A DNA stretch of 52,824 bases from a virus (Duplodnaviria; Caudoviricetes). The stretch lies in the IMG/VR virus record IMGVR_UViG_3300031576_000058, positions 1 to 52,824 of that record. One strand, given 5' to 3'. The notes beneath the pieces were generated by a model. It did not search any database and was not told the DNA's origin. It saw nothing but the letters and a program-made list of their open reading frames with translations. The position numbers were made by a program, and so were the translations under genes. Each line of letters begins with the position of its first letter. Positions within the stretch are counted from its first letter, which is position 1. Positions 1-9,147 of this stretch are shown here, one piece after another.

Positions 1-132
1 AGATTTCCGAACCTCACGATGTTGTCAATTACCGAACTCCGGCGCTTATTCACTTCTCGCTGGGGGTCCTTCAGGTTCCGGACCAAGCCGAAGATCTCAT
101 CCCCCTCCCAATACCCCAAGAAGGGAACGAAG
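1..132. repeat. Terminal overlap with 52693-52824 (circular assembly)
   Basis: 132 nt identical except position 6 (T) vs 52698 (G); the portal reading frame continues across the junction. Confidence 0.97.
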
Positions 133-1190
133 GGGTACTCTTCTTCGTCGTTCTCAAAGGGGTTGCCCTGCTCCAGCTCCAGGTCGATCACGGGCAGGAA
201 GACGGTCATTTGCAGCCGCCGCCGCAACCGCCGGATCACCTTGATGTTCTCGGGATCCGTTGCGGCGAGGTCTCTGGCAAACTTCAGCATCTCAGGCGTC
301 GGGGGGTCGATCTCGTCAATGGAGTTGCGGACCTTGTCGGCCAAGAGCCACACCGGCTCCCAGGTGCGATACCACCCTTCGATCACCCGGACCTCGTCGC
401 GCATCCAATCGTAGAACTGGACGGCCTCAATGCTCGTCGTCTTGTAGGCGTCTTTGGGATCCAGAGACGGGATCATGTGGGTCCGTCCCGGATCGGAGGA
501 CTTGAGCAGTTCGAGTGCCTTCTCGATCTCCTCGGCCTGCTCCGGGTAGGTGGCCTTGATGATGTCCACGGCGACCATCTTGTGCCAGTAGACGTCGCGG
601 GCGTCGCTCAGATCGTACCGCTGCCAATCGGGATCCCAGACCACCTCCCCCGGCCGGCATTTGTGGATCAAGACCCGACCATGGACCGGATCATCCAGGT
701 AATCGACGCCAACGTACACGACCCCGAGTCCGCCGATGACGCCGTCCTTGAACTGGTCGGACAGGGTAAACTCCGCCTCTTGGTCCTGGGCCACCCGCTT
801 CATGACCCGGTGCATGACGTTGATATCCTCGAGGTCCTCGGCCCCTTCCGGCACGGGCCGGACCTCTAGGCGGGAACTCTTCTCGTAGCCCGTAATGATC
901 TCAATGACGGGACGGATCTCGTTGATGGTGAGGCAGGCCCGCGATTCACTCTCCAGCTTCCGGCGCTCCTCCTCCCGCCATTGGCCCACGCCGGAATTGA
1001 AGTCGAAATCCTCCTTGGACTCCTTGCGCCACTTCACCCAGATGGGATGGTTCCAACAGTAGAGAAAGCGTTGCTTGAGGCGCTTCACCCGATCGGCGGC
1101 GTCGCCGTTAACCCCCGGGAGGCCCGAGAACGATGAGCTCACCCTCCCGAGACCCGCCTCCACCTCAAGACCGCTGAGCATTTCCGCCAT
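1..1190 (-). CDS. Portal protein, P22-like, N-terminal part (about 668 aa in total)
   Basis: Manual translation from ATG 1190 (MAEMLSG...QW..EE...LTINEIRPVIEIITGYE...VWDPDWQRYDLSDAR); in frame with the 51876-52811 ORF; missed by the ORF track. Confidence 0.9.
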   Translation of the reverse strand, partial: MAEMLSGLEVEAGLGRVSSSFSGLPGVNGDAADRVKRLKQRFLYCWNHPIWVKWRKESKEDFDFNSGVGQWREEERRKLESESRACLTINEIRPVIEIITGYEKSSRLEVRPVPEGAEDLEDINVMHRVMKRVAQDQEAEFTLSDQFKDGVIGGLGVVYVGVDYLDDPVHGRVLIHKCRPGEVVWDPDWQRYDLSDARDVYWHKMVAVDIIKATYPEQAEEIEKALELLKSSDPGRTHMIPSLDPKDAYKTTSIEAVQFYDWMRDEVRVIEGWYRTWEPVWLLADKVRNSIDEIDPPTPEMLKFARDLAATDPENIKVIRRLRRRLQMTVFLPVIDLELEQGNPFENDEEEYPFVPFLGYWEGDEIFGLVRNLKDPQREVNKRRSSVIDNIVRFGN

Positions 1191-1204
1191 GGCCTACCCG
1201 CTCC

Positions 1205-1753
1205 TCAGCGTTTCCTAATATCGGCCACACGCTGGTTAAACGCCTCTTCCTCGGCTCTCAGGGCAGAGACCCGAGACTCCAGGGAGGTCTTCTGTTCCTC
1301 CAGGATGGCGATATCCCTGCGGATCTGTTCCTCGCCGGTGGCCCGCTTCTGGGCGATGTCGTCCTCCACAACTCTCAATCCGACTTGGAGACCCTCCTGG
1401 AGACCCCTCAGCTTCTCCTGGAGGGCCCTGATCTCGACATCCAGGGATGCGAGCCGTTGCTCCCTCTCCGCCAAGAGTAGTCGCGTATCCTCCTTGAACG
1501 CCGAGAGGAGGCCGTCCCGCTTCCCCTCCATCTCGGTCACATGTTTCTGCATGTCCTGCAGGTTCAGACCTGCAGCCCGAGCTTCTTCCTCCGCCGTATT
1601 CTTGGCCGCGGTGAGCTGCCCGACGCGGCCTTCGAGCTCCAAGACCGTCCGGGCCAGTTCCAGCCCCTTCTCATACACCCTGAATTGCCGGTAGCCCTGT
1701 TTCAACGCCTGGGCGATCTCGGCCGTGCTGACTTCCTGCTCTTCTTTCGCCAT
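1205..1753 (-). CDS. Coiled-coil protein
   Basis: 182-aa E/L/K/R-rich heptad pattern; RBS GGAGG. Confidence 0.7.
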   Translation of the reverse strand: MAKEEQEVSTAEIAQALKQGYRQFRVYEKGLELARTVLELEGRVGQLTAAKNTAEEEARAAGLNLQDMQKHVTEMEGKRDGLLSAFKEDTRLLLAEREQRLASLDVEIRALQEKLRGLQEGLQVGLRVVEDDIAQKRATGEEQIRRDIAILEEQKTSLESRVSALRAEEEAFNQRVADIRKR

Positions 1754-1756
1754 TGC

Positions 1757-2242
1757 CTACCTCCCCTCCACCATTGCGGTATAGTTCCGCACGAACTCCT
1801 CCACAGTCCCCTTGCCCTCCGCCGTGTTCCAAAACCGTTTCCAATATCCCGCGAGGCCTTGCACATCCTCGGGCTCTGGCAACGGCTCCTTGAAGCGGCA
1901 ATACTGGACACGGCACAGTGCGGTCGCGTAGGCGAGATTCCACACCAGTTGCTCCAACTTCGCCCTCCGGTGGACGGAGAGCTCCATTATTTTCACGGCG
2001 AGATCGCCCCGATAGATCAGAAAGTTGTCCCAGCAGTCTTGGTGGGTCGCCGGTTCCATCTGGAAGATGCCAAGGGCTGGCCCTCCGCCCATCTGGACGA
2101 GGTATCGTCCCAAAAGGCTTTCCTGGGCCGCCGTACCCATGAGCAGATTCTCGGCCGCCTCCGACCACAATCCGAGGTGCCGTAACACGGGTCGGATCAC
2201 ATACTCCCGCAGGTGGGGAGCGTTCATGCTCACTTTCGGCAC
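1757..2242 (-). CDS. Endolysin (lysozyme-like muramidase/transglycosylase)
   Basis: GTAAQES (candidate catalytic Glu), GPALGIFQMEPAT, YWKRFWNT, typical of phage lysozyme-fold lysins. Confidence 0.75.
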   Translation of the reverse strand: MPKVSMNAPHLREYVIRPVLRHLGLWSEAAENLLMGTAAQESLLGRYLVQMGGGPALGIFQMEPATHQDCWDNFLIYRGDLAVKIMELSVHRRAKLEQLVWNLAYATALCRVQYCRFKEPLPEPEDVQGLAGYWKRFWNTAEGKGTVEEFVRNYTAMVEGR

Positions 2243-2550
2243 TCCAGCGTCACAAAGACGCTTGAACCCGTCGTCAGCAAGGGAATGATCGAGCTGGGGT
2301 TCTCCTTGATCTGGTATATCCCTGCCACGGTGATGGCCGTGCCGTCCGTGTCCTCCATCGTCCGAGGCGTGTCGGCGACATCGTTCTTACCCTGGAGTGC
2401 AAAGGTCGTGATCGTGCCTTCGATCGTGGCGCACTTGTCCCGGAACTGCTGGACGCTGACCGGCATACAGACATCGCCCGTATTGATCGGCCCCCACCGG
2501 ACCTTACAGCCGTTCCCGATCGGCGTAATCGTCGGAATCACATTGGCCAT
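2230..2550 (-). CDS. Hypothetical beta-rich virion-type protein
   Basis: 106 aa, good RBS, ALQGKND motif. Confidence 0.6.
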   Translation of the reverse strand: MANVIPTITPIGNGCKVRWGPINTGDVCMPVSVQQFRDKCATIEGTITTFALQGKNDVADTPRTMEDTDGTAITVAGIYQIKENPSSIIPLLTTGSSVFVTLECRK

Positions 2551-2565
2551 GCTCGCCTCCCCGTC

Positions 2566-2823
2566 TCATTTGCCGCTAAAGGTATAATATTTCACCATCT
2601 CCCAGATGGCGGCCACGCTCAGGCCCCCCAGTGCCCCCGTGCCAGCGGATTTAGCCTTCAGCATGGTTACATCCTTCGATAGCTTGGTGATGGACTTCCT
2701 CAGCTCATCGAAGTTCGCCGAGCCCTCGTCCATCCGGCGCTCGATGGTCCGCAGCGAGGTTCGGACCTCCCCGATGAACTCCCCATACCGCTGGTGCCAT
2801 TCACTGTCCGTCATCTCGCGCAT
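2566..2823 (-). CDS. Coiled-coil protein with C-terminal TM (holin-like)
   Basis: 85 aa; GALGGLSVAAIW hydrophobic tail; two genes upstream of the lysin. Confidence 0.5.
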   Translation of the reverse strand: MREMTDSEWHQRYGEFIGEVRTSLRTIERRMDEGSANFDELRKSITKLSKDVTMLKAKSAGTGALGGLSVAAIWEMVKYYTFSGK

Positions 2824-2830
2824 TGGTCTG

Positions 2831-3850
2831 TTATCCCTCCACGCTCCGTCGCCGCCGCCGGAGCCACGGCATCATGCTGATCCCGGCCCCCACCACCACA
2901 ATCTGCGCCTGCAAGGACTCCGTAAACCCGACAGCCTCCTGAATCGCCCGAGCAATGTGCTTCCGAACCTCTTCCGTCAGGCCCACGGCCTCGGCCATGA
3001 CCTTGCGCTCTTCGACCGTCAGATCCTCGGTCAGGCCAATTTGCTCCTCGATCACCTTGAGCACGCTCCGGCCCAAGGATTCCGTCAAGGCCACGGTCTC
3101 CTGGATGCTCTGGAGCTTCGTCCTGATGCTCGTCAGTTGCTCGGAGAGCTGCGGGGCCTCGGTGATGGTCCGGGCGACCAGCTTGGTGAGGGCTTCTTCC
3201 AGCGATACACTCTCCGCGATCGTCTTTTTCACATCACGCCGGAGGTCCTCCGTCATGGCCGTGGATTCCGTGATGGTCCGGCGGACTTCCTTGCTGAGGC
3301 TCTCGGTCAGCGAGACGGTCTCGGTCAGATTGGAGACCTTCTGGACGGTCCGGCTGAGCTGCTCGGCGAACTGCGGCTGCTCGACGATCGCCCGCTGGAC
3401 CTGGAGGGACAAGGATTCGGTAAGACCCAGATTCTCGCCCAGGGTTTTCGCCACCTGCTTCATCAGGGTTTCCGACAGGCTGACCGACTCTTGCAGGGCC
3501 TTGGCGACCAGGAAGACCAAGGATTCGGTCAACCCGAGGTCGTCCGCAATGGATTTCAAGGCAAGACGGCTGGCGAAAAGGCTCTCGGTCAGACTCACGG
3601 TTTCCTCAATCCTTCTGGCGACTTGCTTCACTACTGTTTCGCTCAGGCCGAGGCTTTCCGACAGGGCCTTGTTGGCTTGCTTCACCAGTGCCTCGGTCAG
3701 TGCTGCGGTGTCGGACACCGACTGGGTAAATAGCGCCCCTCCAGCCGCAACGTCTCCCAGCAGAGCGTGAAACCACCCCGGCGCACTCGCCAGCGGGCCA
3801 AACCAGCCCCGGGCGGTGAACTTCTGCTGAAAGACGAGAATGACGCTCAT
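2831..3850 (-). CDS. Tandem ~19-aa repeat fibrous protein
   Basis: Repeated E[ST]vsLtE.L.k.V.k.I units. Confidence 0.75.
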   Translation of the reverse strand: MSVILVFQQKFTARGWFGPLASAPGWFHALLGDVAAGGALFTQSVSDTAALTEALVKQANKALSESLGLSETVVKQVARRIEETVSLTESLFASRLALKSIADDLGLTESLVFLVAKALQESVSLSETLMKQVAKTLGENLGLTESLSLQVQRAIVEQPQFAEQLSRTVQKVSNLTETVSLTESLSKEVRRTITESTAMTEDLRRDVKKTIAESVSLEEALTKLVARTITEAPQLSEQLTSIRTKLQSIQETVALTESLGRSVLKVIEEQIGLTEDLTVEERKVMAEAVGLTEEVRKHIARAIQEAVGFTESLQAQIVVVGAGISMMPWLRRRRRSVEG

Positions 3851-4672
3851 CTAGTTATCCGTTTCCCGTATCGACATCCACGAGCCTGCTTTGACCGTCA
3901 GGCCAGACGCCACCGCAATCTCGGACTGGAATCGAATCGCAAACGTACCGTCCGCCGATGGGATGATGAGACCAGAGAGGATGCAGAGCGTGTTCGTCGC
4001 GCCAGGTCCAGTCGTCGAGGCTGCGCCATCGGTGTCATACGCCGTCGCCGCTCCAATGGCAATGTTCGTGGCGGCAATCCCTGGCGTTTCTCCGGATATT
4101 TTCTGGACGATAAGCAGCGTTGGCGAGGCCGGGCCGTTGACGCCAAAGCGCGAGCCCGTCGTGGTCGCGTTGGTCTGATGAATCAAGTGGGCCTCGAAGG
4201 CGTATTTCTTCCCGCTGAGGATCGCCTGAGTCAGTCCCGTCACGTCGGCGAAGGAGGTCGTCGCGTTCACCACGTCGGCGGTGACGCGGAGAATCTTGTT
4301 CAGTAGGGTCACATTCTTGAGATGGAAGAATAAGATGTCAGGTCCAAACTCTAGGGCCTCCCCAGGCTGGAGCGTCACTTTATGCTGCGACTGCTTCGTG
4401 CCGTTCCGGTCGTAGCGCACTTCCAGGTCTGTGGCGACGGAGGCATGCTCGTTGCGCCACATCGCGTAGATCACGGTGCGGCGGGTGTTGGCACCGGGGG
4501 CGGAGAGCACGTTCGTGATCGTCGCTGTAGTGATGTTCGCAGGCGTTTGCGTTCCCGCCCCCGAGGGAGCCAAGGTTGTGCTCGATGCATCCACCCAACA
4601 GACGGTCGAGTTGACGTCAGCCGCCGCGCTTGTGACGACTTCGAGAGTGTCGGTGGTCAGTTCCAGAATCAT
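3851..4672 (-). CDS. Thr/Ala-rich putative fibre/structural protein
   Basis: 273 aa; C-terminal TSFADVTGL...VKAGSW beta-sandwich seen in fibre proteins. Confidence 0.65.
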   Translation of the reverse strand: MILELTTDTLEVVTSAAADVNSTVCWVDASSTTLAPSGAGTQTPANITTATITNVLSAPGANTRRTVIYAMWRNEHASVATDLEVRYDRNGTKQSQHKVTLQPGEALEFGPDILFFHLKNVTLLNKILRVTADVVNATTSFADVTGLTQAILSGKKYAFEAHLIHQTNATTTGSRFGVNGPASPTLLIVQKISGETPGIAATNIAIGAATAYDTDGAASTTGPGATNTLCILSGLIIPSADGTFAIRFQSEIAVASGLTVKAGSWMSIRETDN

Positions 4673-5380
4673 CTACATCTCACCCCGCAGGACCGCTGCG
4701 CGGATTTTGTGCTTAGGGAACTCGCTGTAGTCGAAGGGCTCAATCCTCGCATTCCGAACGGCCGCAGCGATAGTATGCCAGGTAGTCGGCTGGATAGCAT
4801 TCGTCCAGCTCATAGTCACTGTTCCCCCATTACCATCCTCGCTCGACCCAAATCCTTTCCACAGGGGATCTCCCGCACCTCGCGTTTGGGCTTCAAATCG
4901 TTCGGTCTGTCCAGCACCCGCCGCCCCTGCGCCCGCGGTCGCCTCCTCAAAGAACGCCTGATCTGTCACGACATCCCCGATACTGCTACCGGGCACATCC
5001 ACGGTGGGAGTCGCCGTGGTTCCTGTGTTCGTAAAGACAGTACCGGATGGGATTTTTTGATCCACGTTCTCAAGGGTGATCGCCCCCGACATGACCTCAC
5101 TCGCTGCCGCAGGAAAAGTGACGACCACATCGTTCAGTCCATTTGCGGACCCAACTAACCCCCACATGGTCAGCGCATCCGTCCCCACCTGATAGAGCGC
5201 AATGCGCTTGAGCGGAATCCCCTTATAGGTGACCCCGCTCGGAATCTGGTCGTTCGCCTCATCAAATCCCGCCGTCGTCACACGGATGTAGGTGTTTTTC
5301 CCGGAACCGCCGTCCACCTGATAGGTGAGCGACGTGACCCCCTGACCGCCGAGCGCATTTGACGCTACGACAGTCGCCAT
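4673..5380 (-). CDS. Putative structural beta-sandwich protein
   Basis: 235 aa, G/T/A-rich, coupled to neighbouring genes. Confidence 0.6.
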   Translation of the reverse strand: MATVVASNALGGQGVTSLTYQVDGGSGKNTYIRVTTAGFDEANDQIPSGVTYKGIPLKRIALYQVGTDALTMWGLVGSANGLNDVVVTFPAAASEVMSGAITLENVDQKIPSGTVFTNTGTTATPTVDVPGSSIGDVVTDQAFFEEATAGAGAAGAGQTERFEAQTRGAGDPLWKGFGSSEDGNGGTVTMSWTNAIQPTTWHTIAAAVRNARIEPFDYSEFPKHKIRAAVLRGEM

Positions 5381-5382
5381 AC

Positions 5383-5754
5383 TCAGTTCACCGGCGGGCC
5401 GACCTTCAGACCGCTTGGGGGCTTTGGGGCGGTGAGGTCGGCCAAGTCGAAAGGGACTTCGGCACTCTTCGGCGACTCATTCCCAAACGTATCGTAGGCC
5501 GTCGCCGCGACGTACCACTGGCCGTATTGCGTCACGCCTGCCTGGGCCAGCGTGTAGCCCGTGACGTTACCGACATCAATCGGGGCCTGGTACTGCCCTG
5601 GCTGGCGGGTAAGATAGATTTTGTACCCAGCGAGGTCCACTTCGAGGTTGGCATCCCAGGAGATGACGCCGTTGAGATCCACGCGGACGCCAGCGGCCCA
5701 TGCCGGGGAGGCGAGAGCACACAGGAGCGCGAGACACACCAGAGTCCGTTTCAT
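5383..5754 (-). CDS. Secreted fibronectin type III domain protein
   Basis: Signal peptide (AWA), WDANLEVDLAGYKIY...AATAYDTFGNES FN3 pattern. Confidence 0.8.
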   Translation of the reverse strand: MKRTLVCLALLCALASPAWAAGVRVDLNGVISWDANLEVDLAGYKIYLTRQPGQYQAPIDVGNVTGYTLAQAGVTQYGQWYVAATAYDTFGNESPKSAEVPFDLADLTAPKPPSGLKVGPPVN

Positions 5755-5759
5755 AGTCG

Positions 5760-6659
5760 CTACTCCACCACCAAATCGTAGGTTGTCTGAAGCGAATCTC
5801 CTGAGCTCAAGTTAATCACGCTGAAGATCACCCGGCTCCACATGATCCCGCCGCCCGTGGCCGCCTGGTGGAAGAGGCCCCACTCGACGATGCCAACCGA
5901 CGCATCTACGGTGTTGGTGCCGACCGTTCGGAAGACGGAAGCATGAGCCCCTTCTGTCCGGGATCCCGTGGCCCGGGTATTGTCGGGGTTATACTGGGTC
6001 GTCAGCTCCGTCAGGAGCGTCGTGTGGGTTTCCTGGACGGTATCAGTCCCCGTGCCGATCGCGTGGAATCGCATATCGCTGATGACGGCGAGGGCCTGCC
6101 ACGCATCGACGAGGTAGCCTTCCCCCGCATTGACGATCAGGTTTCGGAACGGGCCGTGCTCTTTCACCAAGCGATAGCGTTGGTGGCCGGCCGCAATAGC
6201 GGAGGGTGTCAGGCTCCCGAGGAACGAGGTGGGCGACCTGACGAACTGATCGCCCTGGCGCATGTAGTCCCCGGCGAAGTCTGGGCGGAACTGGCGGACC
6301 CGCAGGTATCCGACGAGCTTGCCACGTCCTTGGAATTGGCTGGCTGCTGTGGCGAGAAACTCCTCGGCCTGAGCGAAGCCGCTCCTGACGACCACCGGGC
6401 CCTCGGCGGTCTGGCGGATCAGCTCCCACCGGACCTCCTCGCGGACCTCCAGACCCGATTCGTCCTCAACGATCTTCTGATACTCCCGGACTGCCGGGAT
6501 CAGCCCGAAGAAGGTGGAGTAGAGGAACCCGGCCAAGGTGGCGACCGAGATGAAACCCCAGACCGCGATCTTGCGAAATGCTTTGGCCTTCCTATCGACT
6601 GGCGGTCCGCCTTTATCCGCTGAGAATTGCTCCCCGAGCTGTGGGCCTTCTTGCGCCAT
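5760..6659 (-). CDS. Tail-associated protein with N-terminal TM segment
   Basis: C-terminal NLIVNAG...AIGTGT...EWGLF...GDSLQTTY domain common in phage fibre/baseplate regions; TM near aa 30-55. Confidence 0.6.
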   Translation of the reverse strand: MAQEGPQLGEQFSADKGGPPVDRKAKAFRKIAVWGFISVATLAGFLYSTFFGLIPAVREYQKIVEDESGLEVREEVRWELIRQTAEGPVVVRSGFAQAEEFLATAASQFQGRGKLVGYLRVRQFRPDFAGDYMRQGDQFVRSPTSFLGSLTPSAIAAGHQRYRLVKEHGPFRNLIVNAGEGYLVDAWQALAVISDMRFHAIGTGTDTVQETHTTLLTELTTQYNPDNTRATGSRTEGAHASVFRTVGTNTVDASVGIVEWGLFHQAATGGGIMWSRVIFSVINLSSGDSLQTTYDLVVE

Positions 6660-6874
6660 TAGCCTCCCTCCTTTGGCTTACGCACGAGTCCGATCCCGTG
6701 CATGTCGATCGCTCCGTCAACAAATGCGTGGTCGTATCCGGCCTCGCGGAGCTTGGCTTCAATCTCGTCGTAGGTCTCACGACTGACCTCAAGAGTGGCA
6801 AAGGTGTACGTCGTCCGCCTGACCACCTTGGCCTCCAACCCCTCCGAGAACTGGCCCCGCTCCCTTGTCATCAT
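6659..6874 (-). CDS. Hypothetical phage protein
   Basis: 71 aa, overlapping start/stop with neighbours. Confidence 0.6.
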   Translation of the reverse strand: MMTRERGQFSEGLEAKVVRRTTYTFATLEVSRETYDEIEAKLREAGYDHAFVDGAIDMHGIGLVRKPKEGG

Positions 6875-7272
6875 CCCCCCCGTTGCTTGATCTGGCTGAC
6901 GATCTCAGCCTCAATCTGGCGGAGCTGCCGCAACCATTCCTGTTCCGGGCCAGTCAGGGCCCTCCGCTTCGCCTCGGCCTCAAGTTGCGCGATCTGCCTT
7001 CTGACCTCCAAGAGATCCCGTTTATCCAGTTTGATCTGCATCTCTGCCACCTCCCAAGCCTTGGCGAAGTGGGCGTATCCTTGGTACGAGACGCCGCTGA
7101 GGACCGAGGCGGAGAGGCTCAGGGCGATGAGGCGCTTGGTCCAGGTGTCGAACCACGCTAAGCTAAGCGTTCGATGGCTTTTTCGTACCATCGCGCCATC
7201 CTCACGGCATAACCGTAGGTTCCGAGCAGGTCGGGCAGTGCTCGTAGCAGCCAGAGCAATACTTTGCCCCAC
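6871..7272 (-). CDS. TM plus coiled-coil protein (true start probably the internal MVRKS)
   Basis: Hydrophobic helix followed by heptads. Confidence 0.55.
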   Translation of the reverse strand: MGQSIALAATSTARPARNLRLCREDGAMVRKSHRTLSLAWFDTWTKRLIALSLSASVLSGVSYQGYAHFAKAWEVAEMQIKLDKRDLLEVRRQIAQLEAEAKRRALTGPEQEWLRQLRQIEAEIVSQIKQRGG

Positions 7273-7321
7273 AACCCTTGCACTCGACCCAGACGACCTC
7301 GTGTATGCTTTGATCGAACAA
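7202..7321 (-). CDS. 39-aa Cys-rich microprotein (3x CxxC)
   Basis: Manual translation MFDQSIHEVVWVECKGCGAKYCSGCYEHCPTCSEPTVMP; TTG directly after the terL stop. Confidence 0.4.
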   Translation of the reverse strand: MFDQSIHEVVWVECKGCGAKYCSGCYEHCPTCSEPTVMP

Positions 7322-8734
7322 CTAGGCCCCCATCCAGGCGAGCGGACCGCCGACTTTCTTGGCCACCTTCTTCACCTTTTTCGGGGGTCGCAGCAGGTCC
7401 GGCAACGGGTAGAGCTTCGCGGCACCCAGCATGATGGCATCAACCGGGTGGCTGTGCAGACCCGACGCGCGTTTGTAGGCCTCGAGGGTCGGCGTCACCC
7501 GTCCCAGAGCATCCTTGGGGTAATGGGCCCCCCCGCGGAGTGCCTTTCGGACGATCTTGCAGTCCGGATCCACGACGAAAAGGGGCTTCCCTCGGATGTT
7601 CCGGCTCAGGACGGCCTTCAGGCTGTCCCGACGCTCCCGCCACTCGATGGCTCCAGCTTCGGGCGAGGCGTTCAGGAGGTCAATCATGGTCTTCACCGCG
7701 CTCCGCTGCGAGTTCGACTGCTCCCTGGTCGCCATGGCCGGATCCACGATGTCCCGAAACTGCCACTCCTCCCGATCGCCAAGGTACTGCGACTCCCACG
7801 GAAGCACCTGGGTCGTAATGAGTTGCTCGAGCCCGATGTTCTCCCCCCGGACCGCTCCCAGGATGTGCCAATGGCCTAGTTTGGTCGGCTGGGACCAAAT
7901 ACACGTAGGGTTCAGTCCCCCGTCCCACGTTCGCACGATCTCCACGCCCCGAATGATCGGGAGGGGCTTCTTGGCCGTATGCCAGTCATCGTTGTATTCG
8001 GGCATGAGCTGCTCCCCCAGGATGATTTGACCCACCTTCCCCTCGACGAGCCGGGAGACGAGGTCGCCACGGCCGATGGCGTAGAGCAAGGCCTTGTCCC
8101 GTTCCCGCTTCTCCCAGGAGATGTGGGGGTTCTCGCCTTTCGGGATCCGGAAGGACTCTGCCTTGAGCTCGCCGACCCTGAGTTCCTGGGCCAATTCCTT
8201 CAGCTTCTCCATGATCTCCATGGTCCAGTGGTCTTCGTCGGGCGGATTCATCGTAATCTGAATCCACGGCTCGACGCCCTTCTGCCGGAGCGAGGTGGCG
8301 CCGACGCCGAGCACTTCGGCTGCCACACCCCCGGAGATGTCAGCGGCCGGCGCCGGCTCCTCAATCCAGAGAGCCCCAATGCCGAAGCCTTGCAGCTTGT
8401 TGATATCCTTGGGGTTGTCCATGCCCATAAAGTAAAAATGCACCAAGCCACCACCGACAATGGCTTCAGTCTTCCCTTCGGCCCACTGGATTTCCAACCC
8501 CTCTTGTTCCTGCTCACGGATCGTCTCCATGACGGTCCGCTGCAGGTTGGCCCAGGTATCTCGAATGACCGCCATCCGGATGGGGAGAAACTGCGGATTG
8601 GTCTGTTTTGCTCGATAGATAGGCTTAAACAGGCCGCCCGTCGTCTTGCCCTCCCCCCGGGGACCCATAAGCAAGGTCAGGAAGGCGTCCGACTGCATGA
8701 AGTCCCGAACCGTCTTTGTAGCGACAAACCTCAC
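7322..8734 (-). CDS. terL: Terminase large subunit
   Basis: Walker A GPRGEGKT, Walker B WIEE, TMNP, RNase H-like WDGG/DPA/HPVDA. Confidence 0.93.
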   Translation of the reverse strand: MRFVATKTVRDFMQSDAFLTLLMGPRGEGKTTGGLFKPIYRAKQTNPQFLPIRMAVIRDTWANLQRTVMETIREQEQEGLEIQWAEGKTEAIVGGGLVHFYFMGMDNPKDINKLQGFGIGALWIEEPAPAADISGGVAAEVLGVGATSLRQKGVEPWIQITMNPPDEDHWTMEIMEKLKELAQELRVGELKAESFRIPKGENPHISWEKRERDKALLYAIGRGDLVSRLVEGKVGQIILGEQLMPEYNDDWHTAKKPLPIIRGVEIVRTWDGGLNPTCIWSQPTKLGHWHILGAVRGENIGLEQLITTQVLPWESQYLGDREEWQFRDIVDPAMATREQSNSQRSAVKTMIDLLNASPEAGAIEWRERRDSLKAVLSRNIRGKPLFVVDPDCKIVRKALRGGAHYPKDALGRVTPTLEAYKRASGLHSHPVDAIMLGAAKLYPLPDLLRPPKKVKKVAKKVGGPLAWMGA

Positions 8735-9039
8735 TCGTCAGGCTCCTCTTTTTCCTTCTGCTCAAAGACGATCTCCACCTTCTGTTTCTCCTTGATATCT
8801 ATAGCCTGCCTTGGCCGCCCCTCTGCCCGATCCCAGACCATCCCAACGTAATGGTGCGCCGTTTTCGGACCGCTGTTGATCCCCCTGACCATCGCACCCA
8901 CCATGTCCTTCATCCGATGCTGAATCAGGTAATCTCTCAAGGCCCTCATGCTGTCCCGGGGGATCTTATCTTTCGAGCCCTTGGGGCGGCCAGCGTTGCC
9001 CTTCTGAAACGGCCGTCCCCTTTGTTTTCTGTCACCCAT
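8731..9039 (-). CDS. terS: Terminase small subunit
   Basis: FQKGNAGRPKGSK and DRAEGRP motifs; ATGA overlap with terL. Confidence 0.8.
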   Translation of the reverse strand: MGDRKQRGRPFQKGNAGRPKGSKDKIPRDSMRALRDYLIQHRMKDMVGAMVRGINSGPKTAHHYVGMVWDRAEGRPRQAIDIKEKQKVEIVFEQKEKEEPDE

Positions 9040-9075
9040 TGCGTTATCTCGCGTTCTTTCGTGTGTAACTTCCCT

Positions 9076-9137
9076 AAAACAAAAGGCCCGTACCGACAGG
9101 CTTCCCGATCAGCATGGGCGCTCAACAGAGTCGGCCC
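9076..9137 (-). promoter_or_regulatory. Antiterminator/terminator RNA element, copy 1 (before terS)
   Basis: Sense GGGC-CGA-CTC-tgtt-GAG-c-GCCC...GGGC-cttttgtttt. Confidence 0.75.
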
Positions 9138-9147
9138 TTGATCCTTC

